Source: a virus (lineage: Duplodnaviria > Heunggongvirae > Uroviricota > Caudoviricetes). From it: a stretch of DNA of 64,000 nt. The stretch's first letter is position 1. Every line of letters begins with the position of its first letter. The position numbers and the translations under genes are program-made. This document shows, one piece after another, positions 19,377-33,125 of this stretch. The DNA lies in IMG/VR virus record IMGVR_UViG_3300035520_000451. One strand, written 5' to 3'. Under the pieces are notes generated by a model, which had not been told where the DNA came from, made no database searches, and saw nothing but the letters and a program-made list of their open reading frames with translations.

Positions 19377-22300
19377 TTTAAACGAAATTGATTATGAATT
19401 CTCAACTGCTCTAAAAGTATTTCCGACAAAAGGAAATCTAGTTTATGAATATAATCCTTTTAGGAATTATAGGATAGAGTAGGATATGTTATATTATAAT
19501 AACAGATTGTGGACTTATGAAGAATTTTGTATAGAATTTTATAATATTGCTAAGGGGCTGACTTTTAATGAGTATAAAGAAATAATAGCTAAAAATATAC
19601 AAGATAGTATATGGGGGAGTGAATCTCCCCCAGTAATATATTAGAAAGGGCAATTAGTTGATTTTGAAACGGATGAACTAAATTTTAATTTAAATAATCC
19701 AGTAAATATTACTCCTTAGTGGTCTTATGATAATTCTGTAAATCTTATAATAAACGATGGAAAGAATGCGCCCAGGCTTATAAATTCTAGATTTAGTCCT
19801 ACAGAAAGAAATAAATATTAGATATGTGATAGAAAAGGTAATAATGATACCAATATATATAATTAGGGAACCTAGTTTGATTTGGATACTTCTCTTTATA
19901 GAAAAACTACTACAATTCCTAGATTAAATTTCTTAGGAGTACAATATGGTGGTAGATTAGGTATTGGTAATTATCATTTCTATTTTAGATATGTAGATGA
20001 AGATGGAAATGAAACTGATTATTTTGCAGAATCTGGGCTTGTTTCTATATTTGTAGGGTACACTCCAGATTCTATATATTCAGGATTTAGAAATGAGAAT
20101 TCCCATAAATTAGTTAAATTTTATCTTACTAATACTGATCCTGGATATTATAAAGTAGTAGTATATTATACCGTAGCTACTTCTGATATAAATGAAAATT
20201 CTACAATCACTGCTAAAAGAATTAATTAGGAGTATTTAATTAATCAATCTTCTAATACTATACTTACTATTACAGGTTTTGAAAATACTACTGAAGTTCC
20301 ATTATCGGATATAAATCCTATTTATTAGATATATGGTTCTGTTGAAACTCAGGCAACTTGTTAGAATATGTTATTCTTAGCCAACGTAGATAGACCTGAA
20401 ATTCCGTATAATGATTTAGCAGATTGTGCTTTACGATTCTTGCCTCTGCTGGAAACTGAATAGTATAATAGTAATATTGATGAAGAGTATAGTGGAAGTG
20501 CTTCAAATAATTACTATGACCCAAATTATATATACAATAAAGTTGGATATTGGGATGACGAAATTTATAGATTCGGAATAGTATTTATACAGGCGGACAA
20601 TACTTTAACTCCAGTATTTAATACTCGTGGATTATAGAATTTAAGTAGTTCTACCAAAGTTGGAGATTATACTTCTATTGAATTTAAAAAGAATGATGAA
20701 CGTTTCTATATAGCCTACAATGAAGAAACTCAGATATTAGAAAAAGGTCACACTTTAGAAAATGTAAAAGGAGTAATTTCTATAGATTAGCCAGATTCTA
20801 ATTTGATTACTGGAATTAACTTTACAGCTCCTAAAGAAGTTATTGATTATTTAAAAGATACTTTACATATAAAAGGGTACTTCTTTGTAAGACAGAAAAG
20901 AATGCCCACTACATTGTGTCAAGCATATACTATTGCCACAGATATTGAAAGTCATACTCCAGTATTACCTGTTGATAATGTTGCCAGTTATGATAAAGAA
21001 GGAACGACTAGTAATTATAATTATATCGCAGAAAGCTTTCTATCTTAGAGAAACTTTACATCTTCTGACGAAGACTATTCTAAGTCTAAAAAGGGAAAGA
21101 AGATTAAAACTTTAAGTCATACTTTCTCCGAGCATTTAGTTGGTCTTACTGATTCATATGTTAAGAAACATGCGGCAATTTGCCCAGATTATGATGTAAA
21201 TTCTCCATATCTAAATTCTTTATTTACTGGAAGTGAATTTAGTATAAGACCTAGTTCACAAACTGTTAATTTAGTCCAATCTTCTGAATCCAGACACTTT
21301 TATGTTAAATCCCAACAATCTTGGAATAAATCTTCCGAATACACTAAAGTTAGAATAATCGGAGTTGAAGACAATGTAAAATTAGTTGGAATAGGTTCTG
21401 AAATGTTTTCGGCTAGAGCTGGAGAAGCAGAAGAAGCTTTTCGTTATGAATACATAGGTAGAGAGCAAAAAATTACAGAAGGTGTTAATTTACTTCGAGG
21501 ATCTTTCGGGCCGTATTTAGGAATAACAGGATATGAAGAACCTGGATCTTTAATAGATATTAAAATTCCCGGATACTCAAAGTCTAATATGGATAGTTAT
21601 TTTAAAATAAGATATGCAGATAAGTCATCTTATTATGCTATTTCTTATAGAATTGATTTAAGTAACTAGAATGATTGGATGTTTGAAGAAACTTATAATA
21701 TTAAAACAGAAGAGTCAGAAGAAGAAACTGAAACAAAATTTTATAAATTAAATTCAGCATTATATAGAGGTGATTGTTATATTTGTTAGTTCACACATAG
21801 AGTTAATAGAAATTTCTAGGATCCTTCTGCCCCTAATAATAATATTATTGCTGATCCTACTTGTTGGAGAGAAAACTTTGAAGTATCTGATGGAGTAGTT
21901 AAAAAGGAGAATTTTGATAAAATAAATTTAGGAGATGTAAATGCGGTCGGACTTGGAATGTGGGTTACTTTTACTGTTAGGTCAACTTTCAATTTAAATA
22001 TACGAGCATTAGATAGTTCAGTAGTAGATGAAATGTCTTTATTTGGACACGCTAGAGGATTTTATCCATATCATCCTATAACTACTAGTGGTGCATATAA
22101 AATTCCAGAAGCTCTTTGCTTTAATAAAGGATTTGAAACTTCTGTATCTTAGAGATGGAATTATGAAGTTCCAGACGTACCTTGGATTAAAAATGAATTT
22201 AGTAATCGTATTGCTTATTCAGATATTCAAGTTACCGATGGTTTTAGAAATGGTTTTAGAAACTTTAGAGGCTATGCTTATAGAGATTATCCAAAGACTT

Positions 22301-24231
22301 ATGGTTCTATTACTAAAATTATAGAATTAAATGGAAATTTACTTTGTGTATTTGAACATGGGGTTGGATTAATTTCTGTAAATGAACGAACTTTAGCTGG
22401 GTCTGGACAAGGCGGAAATGTTTATGTAAACACCTCTAACGTGCTTCCAGAGAATCCGAAAATACTTTCTGATACATTCGGCAGTTAGTGGAGAGAATCC
22501 GTTATAAAGACTCCCAGAGCCGTTTATGGAGTTGATACGGTAGGTAAAAAAATTTGGAAAACAGATGGAAATACTTTTGATATTATATCAGATATGTATA
22601 TATAGGAATTTTTACATGATAATATTTCTTTAACTGAAAGAGAACTAACTCCTATTATAGGAATAAGAAATGTAAAGACCCATTATAATGCTTATAAATC
22701 TGATGTAATGTTCACATTCTATGATAATTTACATGGTTTTGAAGAAAAAGTATGGAATATCTGTTTTAATGAAATTCTTAAAAAATGGATTACATTCTAT
22801 TCGTGGGTTCCATCCTATTCTGAGAATATATATAATTAGTTCTTTAGTTTTGACAGAAATACTTCTAAATGGATTGCTAAGTTAGGAATTAGTAAATCAG
22901 ATAATGCCTTTTCAGATGGTGTTACTTTAGACAATGTAATTATTGAATCTAAAGAATCTAATACTTACGAACCAATTGGAAAATTAAGCTTATCTAATAG
23001 AATTATAAATAATTTAAATTATACATTAGAATACGAACTTGTTAGAGACAATTATGGGCATTACACTAATGAGGAAGATTTTAAAATAATTGATGAAGAG
23101 TATCTTGCATTTAATTATTCTAAATATAATGAATACTTTAATAAAAATGAAGCTGTTATTCTTTTAAATATTAGATGTAATATAATTGTAGATGATACTT
23201 ATAATACAACTTTAGCATAGGCTTTTAGTAATACTGCAACTATTGATGCTGGTTATTATGAATCTACCATAGCTATATGCTTTAAAGATAAATTAGCTAA
23301 TTTAACAACTGATTTCTGGAAACATGGAAATGCTGGAATTATAGATATTAAAGATTCTCTAAAACCTACTTATTGGTATGGTAAACAACATCCGTTTGAG
23401 TTAGAATTTATAGTAGCAGAAAATCCAGCAGCTCATAAAATATTTGACAACTTAGAAATTATTAGTAATAATGCAGAACCAGAATCTTTCCATTATGAAA
23501 TAATTGGAGATTGTTTTGATTTTGCAAAAGATAAGTAGAATATGTATATTCGCTAGGAAGCTACTAAGGAATTCTTTTAGTATAATGGGCAGGATATAGT
23601 ATTTGATGATACGTATACAGATTTAACTTCTACACATCGACCTTTAAAAAGAGATGATGGAACAGAAGTTACAGGATATTATGATAAATCTACTATACTT
23701 CCTTTATATTATTTTAGATAGGATACTATTAATGAAATAGAAGATTCTTATCATTTAAGAAATGATATTAATACTAAAGATTTCTCTGCTAAAGCAGGAG
23801 CTGAAATAGTACACTATAATACTTTATAGGAGTATAGAATATGGAATCATGCTCTAGCGGTAGATCTTAGAAAAGGTGGTAGACTACGGGGTAATATGTA
23901 GTATAAGGAAGATAAATGGGATATTTAGATTAATCCTATTAATATTGCTTATAAAAATGAGGACTCTTGGGATAAAAATGATTTAGCTGGACGGAATACT
24001 TCAGCAGATAAAGTTCCTATAGAAGTAAGTCAATTTCATCTTCCAGAAACTTTAAATCAGGCACATATACCATCAACCTTTGATGATAGATCTATAGTTA
24101 GATGGGTTAATTATAAAACTGACGAAATAAAATTAAAAGATAAATGGATAAAAATACGAATTAGATATTCTGGAGAAAAGTTGGCTATAATAGCAGCTAT
24201 TAAAACTTTATATTCAATAAGTTATGGGTAA
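19369..24231 (+). CDS. Large tail protein (stabilisation/muzzle-type) 2 (TAG=Gln)
   Basis: 1620 aa with motifs GNLVYEYNPFRNYR, RDYPKTYGSITKI..LLCVFEHGVGLI.VNER, WITFYSWVP and C-terminal KDKWIKIRIRYSGEKLAII.AI.TLY. Track ORFs are in one frame. Confidence 0.75.
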
Positions 24232-25462
24232 TTTCACATTTGATAATTTAAAGTTTTCTACTCCCGATTTAGGTTAGGGAATTTATAACGGTGTAACTCC
24301 ATTATTATAGGAAGCTTAGCAAGATCCTTTGGGAGTTTTTAATACTCTTGGTAAGGTAGACGAAAAGCAACCTAAATAGAAAAAGGATATAACTAAAACT
24401 GCTAATACTTGGGGAAAGATAGGTGCAGCTGCTGATTTAGTAAGTAGTGCATTACCATAGAAGTCAGAGTTATCTGGAACATATGGTAATTATACTTAGT
24501 CTTTAGATGCTGGATATAATGCTATTGCTGACAGTGCGGCTATGTTTGGGCCCGCAGGAACAATTGTTGGCGGAGCTATGAAATTAGGTAGTGCAGCAGG
24601 TTAGCTAGCAAATAATTTAGGAGCAGGCACGGACGGCCTGACCAAGACTGACGCTATTTTAGGTAGTTCTTTTCTTAGTTTAACTCCTATAGGATTAGCA
24701 AATGGTATTTTTGGCTCTAAAACCATGTCTTTTACTAAAGATGAAGATGCTCTTGCTTAGGTTGGCGGTTCATATTTAGGAGCCGATACTATGGCTAATA
24801 AAGCTTTATCTTTATCCAATAAAAAAATTGGATGGCTTAGTTCTGGTTCTAAGAAAAAATTTAATGATTAGATATAGAAAGCATAGGATGTGCAATCTAA
24901 AGTTAATTGGATAGCAGGAAATGCTAGAGATTCTTTTGATCTTCAAAATAATATGACAGCTATTAATAGTAATAGACGAGAATATGATTTAACAGGAGGA
25001 TATGATTACGGAACTGCAGTAGGTAAACATGGTATGGCTATAAAAGATCTTTACAGAGCTAAAAGAATTATAAGTGCAGCAAAGTATTAGAAAGGAGGAA
25101 AGACTGAATTTAAAGTTATAAATCCAGATATTATAAATGAAGTTTCTGTAGAACTTCCAGAATATAGAGAAGGAGGTAAGTTTAATGTAATTCCAGAAGG
25201 TGCTCTACATGCTCGAAAGAACAATATGGAAATGGAAGGCATTACTAAGAAAGGAATTCCCGTAATTAGTGAGTCTGAAGGAGGAGAAATAGAACAACAA
25301 GCTGAGATAGAGCGCTCTGAAATAATATTTAGATTGGAAGCAACTAAAAAGTTAGAGGAATTAGCTAAGGATGGCTCTGATGAAGCAGCAATAGAAGCTG
25401 GAAAATTGCTTACACATGAGATATTACATAATACAATCGACAATACAAATAGTTTAATATAA
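24224..25462 (+). CDS. Putative cargo/ejection protein with Gly/Ala-rich membrane-like segments (TAG=Gln)
   Basis: 412 aa with the hydrophobic stretch AMFGPAGTIVGGAMKLGSAAG. The C-terminal part has KY*KGG and GGKFNVIPEGALHARKNNM..GIPVI..EIE..EIIF. Confidence 0.7.
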
Positions 25463-27201
25463 TGGCGAAACCAAGAAGTATTTTAGAATTATTAAATCTT
25501 TCTGAATTACCAGTTTATGATTATTCAACTCCAACAGATGCCACGAGAGTACACAAAGTAGTTCAACCATAGTCTGTAAGAATAGCTTAGAGTGCTGCTC
25601 CAACAACTTAGGTTACTCCTGTAAGTTATACTACTCCTGCAGATGCTGTAAATAGTACTTTAAGAGTAAGCGGAATAAATTACAATACTGGGAATGTAAG
25701 AAAACAACAACAGGCAGTAAATGATTAGCGCTAGGCTATTAGAGCCGAATATCGTAAAAGAGTTCCCAATGGTAAATATATGACAGATGCTCAAGTAGAT
25801 AGAGCTATAGCATTAGAAGCAGAATCTGCTAGAAATTAGGCTTAGGTAAGTTAGGGATATGCTTCTCCATATACTGAAGAACAAAGACAACAAGCTGCTA
25901 ATATGGCTTAGTTACATAATAACTTCATATTAGGCGGGCACTAGGTAAATCCTTAGTATGCTTATTATAATCCTGGTTATGCTTATAATTTAATAAATTA
26001 GGATGCTAATATCCTTCTAAATGCTCTTTTAGGAGCTTATAGTTTTAATGCCCCGTCACTTACTGCAACTACTCTTAATGCAGCTAGACAAGGTTTAAAT
26101 ACTGCAAGTAATGTAGCCACTAGAGTTTGGAATGCCGCTGCTGGAGCCGCCAAGAATGCTGGTACAGTTGTTACTAATCCTAGATGGGCTGCTACTACAG
26201 GAATGTTCTGGGCGCCTACAATTATGGAAGCAGCTGATGGTTCTACTTAGAATAGCGGAGGTTTTTGGAACTGGGTTGGAAATCATCCTTGGGAAACTAT
26301 GGCTTTAGCAGCTGGGGCATATAAATTAGGACGTTCTGGATTTAATTGGACAAAAGGAAAACTTAGACTGCCCGCCGAACCCGAAGGTCGACCTATTTTT
26401 AAAGAAGTGGAAATTGAAAAAGAAATTAATCCTTACCCATAGGATAGAATTCCCTGGACTCAGCCTAAGGAACCAGTAATTACTGACTTTTAGACTACAA
26501 TGACTCTTGAAAAACCTGCTGATTTTGCATTACCAGAACCTTTAAAACCTGGCCCAAAACCAACTGGAGGTAAAGGCAAAAAAGCGGAAAGAAAGTTAGC
26601 GGAATGGGAAGCTAAAAATAAAAAATATTAGGAATGGCAGCAGGCTAAAGCAGATTACGATGCCCAAATGGAGTAGTATTAGTATAGTTTGGATCATCCT
26701 GAAATTATAACAGATCAGGAAAGATTTGAGGAAGCAAAGCGAGAGTATCCTGAGGACCTTGCAAGGTGGGAGCAACGTGAGGCTGAAAGAGCTGAGGAGA
26801 ACGCAAGGTATGACTCAAAACAAGCAGAAATAGATGCTAAATACGATAAAGATGTAAAAGAACAAGCCGATAAAAAAGCTGCGTGGGAAAAGGCTAATAA
26901 AGAGTATGAAGAAAGTGAGGCTTATAAAAAGTACTTGGAGAGAATAGAATATATTAAGAAACTTAGGCATAAGGCTTGGGCATGGCCTTTGAAAAATTCG
27001 TATTGGATAGTTCCAGCAGCTGGCATAGGATATAAATGGTTTACTGGTGGGTACGGAAGTAACACTGAAAATAATACTGAAAATAATACTGATAAAAATA
27101 GTACACCGGTTGATTCTGTACAATTTGTTAAAATGCCAACTTATTAGCAGCAACAAGATAATACAGAGGATAATGATACAATAACATTCTACGGTGATTA
27201 A
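25462..27201 (+). CDS. Low-complexity/coiled-coil protein, putative cargo (TAG=Gln)
   Basis: 579 aa with an Ala-rich hydrophobic middle, a Pro-rich linker and a charged coiled coil. TAATG overlap with the upstream gene. Confidence 0.65.
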
Positions 27202-27766
27202 TATAAAAATAAATAATAAAGAATACAAAGTAAAAGAGGCTTCTACTTAGGAAGAGAAAGCTAAAGGTCTTTAGGGAATTTCTTCTTTGCCAGAAGATGA
27301 AGGTATGATCTTTTACTTTGATCCTCCCCAAAAAGTATCATTTTGGATGAAAGATACTAAAATTCCTCTTGATATTGTATTTATTAATGAAGAATACGAA
27401 GTAATTAAAGTTTAGGAAGGAAAACCAAATGACGAAACTCCTATAACTGCTGATGGTGTGTCTTATGTATTAGAAGTAAATCCTAATTCAGGTATTAAAG
27501 AAGGAGATACTTTAGATATTGAAGAAACTGAACCAGTTATGAAAGTATTATTCTAGGATGGAACTGAACAGTATCAACTTTGGGGAGGTGAGCGTATTGT
27601 TTCTAGAAGAGAAACAAAAATATTGGTAAAGAAAGCTAAGAAAGCAGAAGAATCGTAGAAGGATAAAGACTTTAAAGCTTTGGGTAAATATATGTTTAAA
27701 GTACTTAAAGGTTAGGATGAACGTCCAGCAGAGTATGTAGAATCTCCAGATAAGAAAGAATCTTAA
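27194..27766 (+). CDS. DUF192-family protein with a C-terminal extension, GTG start (TAG=Gln)
   Basis: 190 aa with the DUF192 signature KGL*G...L..DEGMIF.F......FWMKDT.IPLDIVFI...YVLEVN..GIKEGD. Confidence 0.8.
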
Positions 27767-27796
27767 TAGAATTTTTCTTAAATATTCTTAATGCCT

Positions 27797-27827
27797 TTTG
27801 AAATTAGATTTATTTTATATATATTTG
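27797..27827 (+). promoter_or_regulatory. Bacteroidota primary-sigma promoter (-33 TTTG, 19 bp spacer, -7 TATATTTG)
   Basis: TTTG at 27797-27800 and TATATTTG at 27820-27827 match the TTTG-N19-21-TAnnTTTG consensus, 60 nt before an ATG. Confidence 0.75.
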
Positions 27828-27886
27828 AATCGTTCAATTAGATTGTTTAGATAAAGAAAAAATTATAACATTAATGTTTATAAATT

Positions 27887-28213
27887 ATGAAATTTAGACC
27901 AAAGGATAGCGTTAGAAAATTTCAGATGGGTGGTGATATGGCACCCGCAGAAGAGCAAGAGCCTGTTGAAGGTCAAGCACCTGCTGAAGAAGCTCCTGCA
28001 GAACAAGGTGGTCAAGGAGATCCATTGATGCAAGTCGCTCAGTTAGCAGCTTAGGCTTTACAGAGCCAGGATTGTAATGCAGCTATGCAAGTATGTCAAA
28101 TCTTCCTTGAAATGATTCAACAAGCACAAGGACAGCAACAAGGTGGTGGAGCACCTCAAGGTGAACCAGTATTCCGTAGAGGCGGTGTTCTTGTAAAGAG
28201 AATTAAGAAATAA
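27887..28213 (+). CDS. Small Gln/Ala/Pro-rich cargo-like protein (one TAG=Gln)
   Basis: 108 aa reading MKFRPKDSVRKFQMGGDMAPAEEQ...GEPVFRRGGVLVKRIKK*. It has its own promoter and terminator. Confidence 0.75.
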
Positions 28214-28225
28214 TTTTTGTGAACA

Positions 28226-28261
28226 GATGGGAGTATGTACTAGTTATATACTCCCATTTTT
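28226..28261 (+). terminator. Rho-independent terminator
   Basis: Stem GATGGGAGTATGTA / TATATACTCCCATT followed by TTT. Confidence 0.65.
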
Positions 28262-28273
28262 ACTATATACTAT

Positions 28274-31192
28274 ATGTCATTAATGGTAGAAAAATTTTAG
28301 GGAGGAGGAACCCCTAAAGTACGAACATATAAACGATCAACTGATGAAGTTGATTTAAATGATTATATCAGATAGGCAGAAGCAGGTTTTGATAATTGGT
28401 TATCCAATGTAAGTTTAAAGGATAAAGAAAAACAAGCTGTAAGATCTGCCTATGTGGATATGCTAGGAAAGATAAATGAAGATCCACAAGGATTTGCAGC
28501 AAAAATTGGAGGGGGATTTAATAATAATTATGGTATCCATAATGCTCAAAAAGGATTTGACGCTTATGGTATAGCTGCCAATTATCTAGGTACAGTTCTT
28601 AGAAGTATGGATACTTATACAGATCCAAATAAGAAAGCTGTTTATAATAGAGATTAGGTATTATTAACTCCAGCAATGCAAAAACAAATATTTGGAAATA
28701 ATCCTGATAATTTTATAGCTCTAGATGCAGAAGATCCAGAAACAGGCACTCGTGGTACTGCTAATAGAGTAGCATAGACTATTAGAGGATTAGAAGCTTT
28801 AAAAGGAAATCTTTCAAATTATTATTCTTTTGATACCAATGAAGATAGACTTTATGCGGAATAGGCTATAGATAATACTATTGCAGCTTTAAGAGATAAC
28901 GATATTAACAACGATTACTTTAATCTAGATAAGCTTGGAGTTTCTTCTGCCAGTTCTTTATTTAATACTGAAGGAACCCCAAAAGTAGAAAATCCAAGTT
29001 AGTAGGAAGCTCCTTAGTACACTCCTGAACAACAAGCTCAAATTGAGCAGGCTGAACAAGCTAAAAATTTACAGGAAGCTTTTACTTCATTTGTTAATAC
29101 TAAGTATCCTAATTATACTGGAAATTTAGCTACAATAAATTTGGATTATTCAGGGGCTGCTCCAGTAGGATATTAGGTGGAGCAAGCTTTAATTAAAGGC
29201 TTGAATAATAAAAGTAATTAGTTTTTAAAATAGTTCTTTCAATATCTTATTACTAAAGGAACAACTGACTAGAAAGCTACTGTAAATTAGTGGATGTCTC
29301 AGATATTTCCTAAAGCACGGCTTAGTTCATATTTAACACGTGCTTATATACTTAGTAAGGTACTTAACCAAATGAATATAAACGGTCTTTGGCATGATCA
29401 GGGTGATGGAACTTACTATATAGAAGGATCTCGTAGTCAAAAAAATGGGGGATATACTGGTTGGATATTAAATACTAACAATAAAACATTACAATAGTTA
29501 AGTTTACATGATATACTTTATTGGAAAGATAAAATCATAAAAGAATTCCAATCTCAATACGACACAGATTATTGGATAAAGACTAAATATGCTCCATTAT
29601 TTGAAAAACAAGGTGGTATTTTGAAATATTATGGTGGAGGTGGAGTTGGTCGTACTAAAGATAATTATTGGTATGACGACGTATTTTCATCTTATGCAGG
29701 GGACTTATTACAGGCAGCCCAAACAGCTACTGATAAATCAGCTTTTGCAAATTCTTTAAATGCTACTCAACATGCTCATAGTCGATTGAAAGCAAAATGG
29801 ACTGGGGGAGCAGGAACGGTATATACAGAAGCAGATGTTGGAACTTACTAGAAAGGAATAAATGATAATTATTCATATGTAAATCAAAAAGGAATTGCAG
29901 GTGCTAAATAGAAAAATATTTATCAGTATGTAAATAACCCTACTTCTGGAGATAATTCCAATACACAATGGAAACCAGATAATCAATATAGCAGCCAAAC
30001 GGATGATAGACGAGTACTAGGACGTGAAGGAGATTTTACTGAGGAGTAGTTTAATTTACTCAAAACTAAATTCTCTGATGCTGGATATGAAATGTATTTA
30101 GATGATGATGATAAATATTATAAATTAAGAATTCCCACTACTAGAAGTTCTGACAATACATCAGATAATACTTCCGATATTAGTCCTACTTCTGGAGAAG
30201 ATGCTTCATCAAGTGCTACTACTAGAAGTGCTCCAGCTACAGTTAATGAAACTGGATGGAAATCTAGAATTGATGAAATTTTAAAATCAAAGCATTTCAA
30301 TCCTTATGAATATATTCCATTAGCTACCGATTTAGCTAGTTACACAAAATCTTTAGCGACTAATAAAGCTAACTATAAAGATCTTGCAGCTGCGCAAGTT
30401 CCTAAATTACATAACACATGGGGAGCATATGCTCCTGTAACCGGAGCCTTTTCTACTAAATAGCTGTATAATAGTTAGGGTGCAGATGTAATGCGCGCAA
30501 GTTATCAACCATTTACTTCAGATGCTTATTTAGCTGCTAATAGAATGCTCTAGGGACAACTTGCTAATAATCAAGCGTAGCAACAAGGCAATCAAATAGA
30601 TGATGCCGAAATTAAAAGAACTGCTTAGGTTGCACAACAATTATCTAGGGAATGGGCTCAAAGACGTTCTGATATTGCTAATTATAATACGGATGCTATT
30701 ATTTCTAATAATTAGGCTTTAGCATAGTTAAAAGCTGCTAAAAGAAATTCGGATTATAAATCATTTGATGCTTTAATGAAGGGAGTTGGTACTTGGGCAA
30801 CTAGTAAATCTCAAGATTGGGCAACTAAGAAAGCAGAAGAGGAAGCATATAAATTACAACAAGCACAAGCATTTACATAGCGTAAGTACTAGAATGAATT
30901 AGATGAAATGACTTAGATGAAAAAATCTTGGCAATTAGCTCATCCTAATGAAAGTATTTATACTACAACTTGGTATCCACAAATGCTTGCTAGAGCTAAA
31001 GAAATATCTAGTAGAATGGCTAACGATAATAATATGTTCTATGGTAAAATTAAAGGTTATCCATATTTAGATTTATATGGATCTAGTACTTATCTTCCGC
31101 AGTCTTGGTAGTATATACTTAGAGAAAAGAATGGAGGTAAATTAAATAAGTTAATTACTAAAGTAATAAGAGACAATGAAAATAATTCCTAA
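28274..31192 (+). CDS. Putative cargo/ejection protein (TAG=Gln)
   Basis: 972 aa starting MSLMVEKF*GGG. Five track ORFs lie in one frame, and the C-terminal part is Gln/Ala-rich coiled coil. Confidence 0.7.
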
Positions 31193-33125
31193 ATTTCAAG
31201 ATGGTGGATTAGCTTCTCTTTTTACTACTTTTACTAATCCTGTAATGGCCTACCAAGCATAGTAGGCTGTTGCAGGAAATAGTAGAAGAAGAGAAAGCAC
31301 CAATGAATCAACTAGTAAATCTTCTGATAAAGAATCAACTAGTAAATCTGGAATTTCAGAAGAAAAAATAAGTGAATTAGTTGCTAAAATAGATGCTCTT
31401 CCTGGAGATAGAAATAGAATTCAAGCTAAAACTGAGCAACTTCTTACTATGGCAGATGGAGACCCCGCTGAAATGGGACATATTTATAGGCAGTGTGCTT
31501 ATGATATTCAATAGAGTGCTTTTATAAAAGATCAGTATGATAAAATTTATTCTAAATTAGATAAAAATAATGCTCTAACTGAGATTGTAGTTGATGGTGG
31601 CAATGTAATTGTACAAGATAAACACAATAATATTAGACAAGTAACTGCTTCTGAATATTTAAAAAATAGAGACAAATATAATCCATTAACATATTCTAAT
31701 ATTTTATATTTAAGAGCTTGGGATCCTAAATATGCCGGAAATACAGAGATACTTAGAATTGCATCTAAAGGTATTTCAATTTAGGATGTAAACTCTTATA
31801 TAAAAGACATTATATCTTCTTTAGGAACTTCGGAATCTACACAATCGGGATACTTGGTTAAAAAGGAGAATGACTTATATCAAGGAATTCAAGCTCTTCA
31901 ATAGGAAGATGCAGCTCGTTTGATTCAAGAAAAAGGAATGTCTTTAGATGGTTTATATAGCACCAAGGTTATTACTAAAGACTAGAAAAATCAAGCACAG
32001 GCAGCTTTAGCCTACATATATACGACTCTGCCAGAAGAGGCAAAAACTCTATTAGCGGTTAAATCTGGAAATCCGAATAGAGAAAAGGGAATTCAAAGTA
32101 TGTTAACATACTTAATTTCTTCTAAACTTACTAGTATTAATGACTTCTCTGTAGATTATGAAGGAACTCTAGAAAAAGTACTTAAAAATGGTACTAAGTC
32201 TTCTTCGAATTCTTCAAGTTCTTCTAATATTAGCAATGGTGATGCTTCATTTGATGATGATATTAAAACTGGCCCATATTATAATATGTCAAGATAGATA
32301 GGAGGTACTCCTACTACTGTAACTATAAATAGAGGGTCTAAAGGACAAATGCAAGTAGATGGTGTTTCGTATTCTTCAATTCCTGATAAGAATGGAGCTC
32401 CAGTTGGTGCTACTAGCTTAAGAACTTTAATGGATTCTGGATTAGCAGGAATTACAGTTAATCAACATGCTGTTACATTTGGAGATAGAGTTCTTAGTGA
32501 AGAAGACTTTAACAATACAATGTATAATGGTATGGGAGGTGTAATGACTTACTTACCAACTACTACATCTTCAAATGGTACTAAAATAGTAGATTTAGAT
32601 GCTATTAATAGATGGGAGAATTTCTAGAAAGACTTACGAGCTAAAAATATCACTATGGGAGATCCCAATAAAGCTCAAGAAATAGCATAGTTACTACATA
32701 AGAATAATCTTGATCGTATTATAAATCGTCAAAGTGGTGGTGTAGATTGGTCTTGCTTAGGTCAATTCTTAGTTGTAGAAGGATATAGTGTAGATAAAAC
32801 TCAAAGAGATACTAAATTTGGAGACAGTAAGTTTGTAGTTAGAGTTTCAGATGATGATGCTATGGATAGAATTGAAACTACTCTTTCTACCAATGATAAG
32901 AAAGATAACTATAAAATAGATAGAAATGAACTGTATGATTTTAATGGACATGATGATGTATATAAAGGATGTATTTACATTCCTATAACAAATAATTAGG
33001 TTTAGGCTATTACTGCTGAAGGACAACATTATAAAGAACCTGCAATGCAGCAAAAAGAACTTGAATTCCAGATGTGGAATAAACAATTTAATGCTAAATC
33101 TGTAAAATCTGACGTTGTATTATGA
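31176..33125 (+). CDS. Putative cargo/ejection protein (TAG=Gln)
   Basis: 649 aa starting MKIIPKFQDGGLASLF. The track ORFs at 32100 and 32349 are in frame. ATGA overlap with the next gene. Confidence 0.7.
31305..31349 (+). repeat. 18-bp direct repeat GAATCAACTAGTAAATCT, two copies (encodes ESTSKS)
   Basis: Exact copies at 31305-31322 and 31332-31349 in a Ser-rich linker. Confidence 0.8.

Noticed and set aside
27061-27095. Short tandem repeats (AATACTGAA-type here, also near 13575 and 30150)
   Set aside because: They are in-frame low-complexity linker expansions (NTEN, VES, SDNT) with no sign of a separate function.
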